From the human T2T-CHM13v2.0 reference genome, Homo sapiens, in the NCBI RefSeq assembly GCF_009914755.1, contig NC_060931.1: DNA of 64,000 bases; one strand, written 5' to 3'. The notes below the pieces were generated by a model that did not search any database, was not told the origin of the DNA, and saw nothing but the letters and a program-made list of their open reading frames with translations. A program made the position numbers and the translations under genes. Shown here piece by piece: positions 53,366 through 64,000 of the stretch; the first letter of the stretch is position 1; each line of letters starts with the position of its first letter.

Positions 53366-56300
53366 GGCATCTCTGTGTATCTCTTGTGTGATACACTCCC
53401 TGCCCCTCTTGCTACACCTATGAAGGGCTGAGTCAGTGTTTGAATACCCCCTTCGCTTCTGCTCCTGCAGTGTTGAGAATGTGCTAGACTGTATGCTAAG
53501 TGAATTACATCTATCAACTCTTTTAATAGCTGTAGCTCCTGCCATTGGTGTCACATCTCTGAGAATCCTTCTGGTGGCTCCCTTCCCCTCCTTAGCCCCG
53601 GCCCCCCAGGCAGCAGCTGCATCCTAATCACAGGCATCCATAGAAGAGCTGTGACTCCAAATCTACAACCCTTCTCTCCCAGTTATCCTGTTGTCTTCCT
53701 GGGGGAGATCTGGTGCAGATAAGGGCATTAATTATGTCCTTATCTGCATTATTAAAAGTGACTTCTCAGATTCCTCCCAGACATCTATTATAGTGTACTG
53801 CTGGGAGTGGCGGGGAGTGGCATTAAACATCCCTCTTACCTGTTCCTTTTCCTCCCTCTTTCCTACCAAGAGAACCGAGTTCTTCTCTTAGCTCTCAGGG
53901 CTTCTGCTGCACAGTGCCCCTTCCACCCGCTCTTCACTCCACTGTCCCAGGTTTTGCATCAATTGAGCACAAGGGAAAAAGGAGCCTCTGGCTTAGCAAA
54001 AAAGATTTGAAGGTGACCTTCACTGAGCCCTGAAAGAGATAACAATCTCTCTGCAATCAACAAGGCTGACTCTTCTGGATACTAAAATAGCAACTGTGGA
54101 GTAAACCTTCCCTCTGTTTCCCTCTCTTTTTCTTCAGGACAACACAAAGAAATTCTAGGGGTGAATGGGAAATCACAGTATCTTTTAACAGCCTGAAAGC
54201 CTGAAAAGAAAGTTCCTGTGTGTGCATTTGCAGCTCATCAGTACAGAAAAGCTAATTATCTCAGTACTGTTGCTGCCTTCTTGCATCCAGCATACTCTGT
54301 CCTCACCATTATGATCTTATTGGTCCTATCAGCAACGCTGAGTCATGGAGGGCCCAGCAATGGTGCACCCCATTTTAGATAGGAGAGAAACAAGGTCCAC
54401 GGAAGGAAGGTTATCCAGGGATAGAGTGGTCAGAGTCAGAGATGAATGTCTGTATCCTACCAATTTCACCCTAAGTGAAATCCTAAGGGTTTTTTCACTA
54501 AATTTCCACAGGGAATGGAATGAGTTCTCTGGGCTTGATTGCTGGACCATGGACACATTGATATAGGGATTGCTATTTTACAGCAATCTTATCAGCTCTT
54601 GTTGGACCCTACTCTGTTCCTCTTCTCCTGATGCCAGGCCCAGAGATGTTGTGCAGTGACTATCATAGCATCCAGCAGGTAGTTGTAAAGGTAGGAAGAG
54701 ATGGAATGGGGAAGGAGTGATGCCTGTTGCATTTGGGGAGGGGAGGGAAGACTGCAGTTGTCACGATTGGAGTTACCAGGGATTTGGAACATGCATTTAT
54801 ATATGATGGCAAATGGGAAAGAAGAATCTGGCACATGAGATGACACATATATGTCCTTTTGAAGAAATAAAGTAAGAGGTGAGCCCAGGAAGATAATGGC
54901 CCAGCATTGAGGTCATATGGGGGCCCCCTCAACCCAGAAGACCCTCTGCAGCAATAATGAGAACTGATGGGTGGCAGTATTCAGGATCACGGAATAGAGA
55001 AGAATGCGTGCATAACTTACCTATGTGGAAAAGCTGATGGAAAGAGACCATGATCGGGTTCTAGGAGCATAAACTGTTAAAATTAGAAGGAGACTTCGAA
55101 GTCATCCAGATGAGAAAACTGAACTCAGTGACATGCCCAAAATGAACACTGCCACTAAGCAGCAGAATGGAACTAGAATTTAGTTCTAGTTTCCCCTCTC
55201 CAGATGTCACGGGCATCACTCCTTCCCCACTGCATCTGTTCCTACCTTGATAACTAGGTTCCTTCCAATACAGGGCTCTGTTCGGCATCCCCACTGATTA
55301 AGCTCAGGTCATTTGGCCAAATAAACATTTCTCTGTGATAAGAAATTAAGGCACCATTGTATTAAGAGCAGCTGAGTTTACATTCTTCTGTTGCCTGGAG
55401 AGTGCATGCTTGAGGCTGGTAAAGCCCTAGCAGTATCCTGAAGACTGTATTTGTGCCAAACCCCTTCCAGTAGATCTAAAATATGGCTGTTCAGAAGGGA
55501 TAATAGTGAGGTTAAATGGGATAACAGGATAGATCAGCGTGGAAAATGTGGAAATCTATCCTTTAAAATTCCTTATAGATACTGACTTCCAGCAACAGCC
55601 ACAATAGAGTAACTGGGATCGAATTTATGCTCTCACTTTAAACAACTAAACCATCAAAACAAAATGCATGAAACAATAGTTTACAGACAGCAGATAGCAC
55701 AGGAATATGAGCTCTAAGAAAAAGAAAACAAAAGAGGCGAGTCCTAGGATTGTACCAGCTTAATCCTGGAGGCAGTTTCTAAGCCACAGTGTGAGGTGAG
55801 GGTGAGGGGAGAAAAATGTGGCTTGGTAATCTTGTTCAGTTGAGAAGACAGTATCAGACTTTGGGGAGAACAAGGTAACTTGAATTTGCAGGGGAGAGTA
55901 TGGACTTGCCCAGAGAGCGATCTCTAGCGATCTGTAGCAATGTCTTCTTGAAGCTTGGGCTAAGTACTGATAAGCACATGCATGAAAGGAAACTCACCAC
56001 GGCGGGTGAAAACCCAGCAGAAAGCAGTAGACTAAACAATTGCTAGAGCTCACAGAAGGGTGGGAATAATTCATATTCCCACCAGCTAGAGTGGAAAGAG
56101 CTCCTGATAAATAAGGCATGGGGTGGAATCCTCAGAAGAGCATTCCTCAGTAGTAGAGCCAAAACAACCCTAGACTGATAGTTGTTCTGGACCTGCCCTA
56201 ACAAAGTTTCAAAGCAAGCCTCAAAAATATTCAACGGACTTTGAGTAACTTAACTGTGTATGAGAGCACATGCAATACATATATAACTATAAGGCATTGG

Positions 56301-56587
56301 AAGAAGCAAGAAAATAAGATGAACAACTGAGGGAAAAATCAATTTGTAGAAATAGACTCCGACATAACAAAGATGATGGAATTAGCAGACAAATATATCA
56401 AAAGAATTATAAAAATGATCTGTATATCCAAGAAAGAACATATGAATAGGAGGAGAGATGTAGAAGATATAAAAAAAGGTCAAGTGAAACTTTTAGAGAT
56501 GAAAAACACAACAACTGAAGTGAAAAAATACACTGGGTGGAATTGACAGTGGATAAGATGCTACAGAAGTGAATATCAGTGAACTTA

Positions 56588-57155
<568 letters not shown>

Positions 57156-57186
57156 TTACATCAAGGCACATGATAATCAAATTGTT

Positions 57187-58806
<1,620 letters not shown>

Positions 58807-58939
58807 TAAAATTATAGCAGACTTCTTGTCATAAACTAAGCAAACCAGAAGATAACGGAGCAACATTTTAAGGTATGATAGAAAAAAAAAAAAAGCAATT
58901 CTCCATCTAGAATTCTATCCCTAGCAAAAATATATTTTA

Positions 58940-59052
58940 TTTATTTATGTATTCGTTTTCCCCAGATACATCAGATAAGAGCAAAAGACTTCATATTGCT
59001 CATTAGTTCTTTTTTTTTTTTTGAAACAGAGTCTCATTCTCATTAGTGTTAG
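58940..59052 (-). pseudogene. SNORD80: Probable 5'-truncated SNORD80 (U80 box C/D snoRNA) retrocopy with A-rich tail, interrupted by an Alu fragment
   Basis: With the insert removed, the minus strand reads ctaacactaatgagcaatatgaagtcttttgctcttatctgatgtatc, about 43/48 to the U80 3' half as I recall it; D box CTGA at 58971-58974; TSD aaatat(a/c)tttta at 58928-58939 and 59053-59064. Confidence 0.72.
59008..59038 (-). mobile_element. Extremely truncated Alu 3' end
   Basis: poly(T) + gaaacagagtctcatt, flanked by duplicated ctcattagt (58999-59007, 59039-59047). Confidence 0.7.
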
Positions 59053-59598
59053 AAATATCTTTTAAAATGAAGATGAAATGAAAACTTTTCGAGACAAACA
59101 AAAGGTGAGTGAATATATCACAGCAGACCAGAACTGGAAAAAAAAAGTAAGTTCTTTAGGTAGAAGAAATATGAGAACAGATGAAAGTTTAGATCTATGC
59201 AGAGGAATGAAGAGTTCTCCAAGTACTAAATATATGGATGGATATAAAACAAATTCTTTCTCATTTTTAAATGCATGACTTAATAATTAATTGTTTTACA
59301 TAAAAATAATAGCAATGTAACTTACGGTTTATTGGGTGAAATAAATGTATGACAACAGCAAAAAAGATACTAGGAAGAAATAGAAATATACTACTGTAAG
59401 ATTCTTACACTATATGTGAGAAGATATTATATTGTTGGAAGGCAGATTGGGATAACTTAACAGACCCCAAAGTAATCACTAAAAAAATGAAACAGAGTGT
59501 AGCTAATATTGGAGATAAAATGGTGTCCTAAAAATACAGTAAGAAAAAATGGAAAAACAAGGAAAAATGAAAATATGAGATAAATAGAAAACAAATAA

Positions 59599-59977
<379 letters not shown>

Positions 59978-60928
59978 TCAAAATAAAAGAATTGTCAGAT
60001 AGGATATAAAAAGGCAAAACCCACTACATATTACCTGTAAGAAACCCACTTCAAATACAAAGACAAAGATAGGCTAAAAGTAAAAGTATGGAAAAAATAT
60101 GCTATGCTAATGCTGAGACAAAGAAAGCTTATGTGGCTTTATTAATATAAGACAAATCAGACTTCAGGATAAGAAAAATTACCATAGATAAAGAAGGGCA
60201 TTATATAATGATAAAAGGGGTCAAGTCACCAAGAGGACATAAAATTTCTTAATGCATATATACCTAAACATAAAGGTTCAGAATAAACAAAGCAAAACAG
60301 ATAGAACTGAAAGAAGAAATAGAAAAACCCACAATTACAGTTGGAGACTTCAATAGTCCTCTCTCGAAAAATTTATTGAACAATTCTACAAAAAAAATCT
60401 GCAAGTATCTAGAGGTCATAAGCACTATTAGCAAACTTGATCTCATTAATATTTATAAAACATTTTATCCAACAAGAGCAGACTGCATATTCTTTTCAAG
60501 TGCAAGAAATAATGTGCAAGGCCTTCACACTGAAAAATATAAAACATTGCTGAAAGAGACTAAGAAAGACTTAAATAAATGGAGATATGTATTATGTTCA
60601 TGGATCAGAATCCTTAAAACTGATTAATAAGACAAATACCATGATAAAAAATGGGCAAAGATTTAAACAGTCATGTCACCAAAGAAGACATATAAATAGC
60701 AAATGGGCACCTGAAAAGATGATCAACATTATTACTCATTGGGGAAATGCAAATTAATGCTGCAGTGAGCTACCACTATCACTAACATTTAAAGAACTGA
60801 TGATTTTAAGTTTTGATGAAGATGTGCAGCAATGTGAACTGTCATACCTTGCTGCTGAGAATGCAGCAGCACTCAGCACAGTGCAGCAAAGCACTCAGCA
60901 CAGCCACTTTGGGAAGCAGTTTGGCAGT

Positions 60929-61224
60929 CTCTTTCTTTCTTTTTATTTTTTGAGACGGAGTCTCGCTCTGTCACCCAGGCTGGAGTGCAGTGGCACGAAC
61001 TCAGCTCACTGCAACCTCCGCCTCCGGGTTCAAGCAATTCTTCTGCCTCAGCCTCCCGAGTAGCTGGGATTACGGGTACATGCCTGGCTAACTTTTTTTA
61101 TTTTTAGTAGAGACGGGGTTTCGCCATGTTGGCCAGGCTGGTCTCAAACTCCTGACTTCAAGTGGTCTGTTCGCCTCAGCCTCCCAAAGTGCTGGGATAA
61201 CAGGTGTGAGTCATCGAGCCCAGC
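60929..61224 (-). mobile_element. AluS element
   Basis: Full Alu antisense; short TSD ggcagt. Confidence 0.95.
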
Positions 61225-62368
61225 GGCAGTTTTTAAAAAGTTAAATACAGGTTTGCTATTCCACCCAGAAATCCCACTCCTAAGTATTCACTTGAGAGGA
61301 ATGAAAACCTTAGGTCAGCCCAAAGACATACTCAAATGCTCATAGCAATTGTATTCTTATTGGACCCAAGTTGGAAATAACCCTCATGTCTAATGACAAA
61401 TAAATGGATAAGCAAATTGTGGCAAATGAACATAATGGAATACTATTCAGCAGTGAAAAGAAATGAGCTACTGGCATAAGCAACATGAAGAATCTCAAAA
61501 ACATGGTGCTAAGTGAAGGAAGCCAGGCACAAAAGTCTCCATAGCTAATCATTTCATTTATGTGACCTTCTGAAAAAGCCAAAACTACGGCAGCAGAAAG
61601 CATAACAGTGGTTGCCATGGAGGGAGGAGGAGAAGATAGTCTGAAAAGAAGCACAAGGAATAGAAATACTATGTGTCATGACTGTAGTGGTGTTTACACA
61701 CCCATGTATATCTGTCAAAATGCACTGAGTTATATGCTAAAATTTGATGAAATTTATTGTATGTAAATTACATCTCACTAAAGGTAATTTATCTGTAACA
61801 GCATCTGAAACAGGCGCCTCCTCTGCTTGGTTTAGATGCTGTTAAGTCTTACGTGGCCTTCTACATATGGTCGCTCCCAGCTCTCCACTTCTCGTGTTGT
61901 AGAAAACTATTGATATCTGCAGGGCAGTCCTTGCGGGTGGAGGGCTGAAGTGGAACATGCAGAAGTCTGGGAGGGTTGTGTCTGTCTGCATGAGAAGGAT
62001 GGTCAAACACTCAAAACCCCTCTATGCAGCTTCTTCTGGGAGGACAGCTAGTGTGTTTAGGAAAAAGAGCAATTCTGTGTCTCTCCTGAAACTACATATC
62101 AAAGGGACCAAGAGGTGAGAAGTATGACAAGGATGCTGGAAGCAACTCTGACAGTGGCATCTGAGCTTTGGGAATACCAGCTATGGTGTCTTCCCTGCTG
62201 AAATGTTCACAGGAAGCAGGGTTGGGAGGCCTCTGACATGGCCTCTCGTTATCGTTTTTAGACATCGGCGGTAGGGGGCTTTTGAAGGCCAAATTTTATA
62301 TGGAGGGGCCTGTAATTGGAGGCTGCAGTCCTTTGACAGTTTGTTGTAAAGTCCAAATCCCGTAGCTT

Positions 62369-62585
62369 GTGTTACGGGATTGCATTGTGTCCCCATTGAT
62401 AAGTGGAAGTCCTAACCCCCAGCACTTGAGACTGACACCTTATTTGGAAATAGAGTCCTTGCAGATGAGTTCGTTAAGATGAAGTCATGCTAGAGTCAGG
62501 TGAGAACACCATACGAAGATTGGAGCTCGGCTTCCACAAGCCAATAATCTGCCAGAAGCTAGGAGAGGGGCCTGGAATAGATAGT
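62369..62585 (+). mobile_element. MLT1B/C LTR fragment, 3' end missing
   Basis: 'tgttacggg...gaagtcctaacccccag...cttatttggaaatagagtccttgcagatg...ccagaagctaggagaggggcctggaatagat'. Confidence 0.78.
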
Positions 62586-62591
62586 GTTTTG

Positions 62592-63129
62592 ACCTCTAGT
62601 GTTGGTCAAAGTAGGCTTCAGGAGACTGCCACAGAATGGGTGGCTTCCCTGACCTCCCCATATTCCTAGATATCCTTGTATCTCTTCCTTGGAATCTGAG
62701 AAGCCGAGTTCACAAAAGAGCTCACCTTCCTATGAGAATCTAATGCTGCTGCTGATCTGACAGGAGGCAGAGCTTGGGAGGTAATGCTTGCTCACCTGCC
62801 CTCCACTCACCTCCTGCTGTACAGCCCGGTTCTTACCCGTCTGCGGCCTGGGGGTGGGGGAACTTTGCTCTAAAGCCTCCAGTTGGCAGTAGCCCCAGGC
62901 TCCCTTTGCAGGGTTGCTGCCCACCCTTCCCATGCAGGAGCTCTTTGTTTCAGCAGCACTGTTGCTCAGGAAATCATTTGTGGAACAGCCTTTTGGATGG
63001 TTGCTTACTGGTCAGGCTTCCCAGATTGCCAGGAAGAGATACAAGGATATCTGGGAACACAGGGAGGTTGGGGAAGCTACCCATTCTGTGGCAGTCTCCT
63101 GGAGCCTACTTTGACCTACACTAGGAGGT
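62592..63129. repeat. ~115-bp inverted repeat pair (62592-62705 / 63015-63129)
   Basis: Manual alignment of arm 1 to the reverse complement of arm 2: 12 substitutions and 1 gap. Confidence 0.95.
62706..62868 (+). mobile_element. MER1A/B 3' part, 5' end missing
   Basis: 'cctatgagaatctaatgctgctgctgatctgacaggaggcagagct...ctcacctcctgctgt...gcccggttc...ggcctgggggtggggg'. Confidence 0.85.
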
Positions 63130-63620
63130 ACAGAGACTCTGCAAAAGACCCTAGATTTGGCCCCCTCGGGACATATCCTGAGCTTAAGGGACTTTTCTCC
63201 ATGATATTAATAGTTGCCAAAAGTGGAAGTGTGATCCGCCAGTGGCTTTCACTCAGGGTGACACTCATCTTCTGATCTCAGTAAATAAATTAGTATTCAT
63301 AAAACACTTAGAACTGCACTGGCACCCGGAAAGCACTATGTGAGTATTACCTCCCGACCTGGCTAAGGGATGTCTTCCTTTGGGTTCCAGCTTTTAGACA
63401 ATTGCTTTTCATTCACACACTGGGCTCTGATCCAGTTCTCAAGTTTAGCATCTCCTCTTTAACAAGCATCCACTACAAATGTTAGTGAAAGAGAAAAAAA
63501 AAAAAAAAGCTCATTTGGATCTCTTTTCTTAATCAGAAACTGTGACTGTGGCCAGAAGTGAGGGCTTAATGGATTCGCCAATATACCCACTAAAAATGAA
63601 TAAATATATGAAAGAAACTC

Positions 63621-63669
63621 TGGATGGATGGATGTGTAGGTGGGTGGATGGGTGGGTGGATGGATGGAT
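63621..63669. repeat. (TGGA/TGGG)n microsatellite
   Basis: Direct read. Confidence 0.9.
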
Positions 63670-64000
63670 AGAAGAATTTGGCTTGACTCAGGTAAGAAGG
63701 TAAAGTGAAGGGTGAATTGCCTACAAGGTATATGCATGTCTGGGGAGAGGAAATTTTGGAGGATTTAAGTGTATGCTTGTGTGTCCTTTGGCCCTCCTCA
63801 AATAAGGACTCCATGATAGATTGAGATTTTATAGGTTTAATATTCCCTCCCAACTTCATGTACTTTACATCTGGATAAAAGGAGCTATAAATCTCTCCAG
63901 GCAGAACGTGCCTCAGCCCTGCCTTTCTACCTTCTCACTGAAGAGATCTTACTTGGAAATACAGCTGAACACTCAGTGATGAATCATAGCATCTGTGGAA

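Overview
This is 64 kb of hominoid-primate (human-like) nuclear DNA, intergenic or deep intronic; the lineage call rests on AluJ/S/Y, a young L1PA, LTR12 and THE1. I found no intact protein-coding gene, rRNA/tRNA gene or CRISPR array. Much of the window is interspersed repeat (Alu, L1, L2, MIR, MaLR/ERV1 solo LTRs, MER DNA transposons). Six structures stand out. (1) A ~1.9-kb array of a 19-bp unit (constant CCACTTCAACATG core plus a variable 6-mer), with higher-order blocks and an orphan unit ~1.07 kb downstream. (2) A scrambled CAPZA1 processed pseudogene in two opposite-strand pieces with complementary deletions and a shared inverted 47-bp segment. (3) A probable SNORD80 retrocopy nested in an old L1 and itself interrupted by a tiny Alu fragment. 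(4) A 5'-inverted (twin-primed) young L1. (5) A CpG-rich solo LTR12 promoter with candidate downstream splice acceptors. (6) A ~115-bp inverted duplication where an MLT1 and a MER1 are both truncated. Several repeat-free, motif-dense segments look like developmental enhancers. Repeat-family and gene names come from my recall of consensus sequences, not from a database search.
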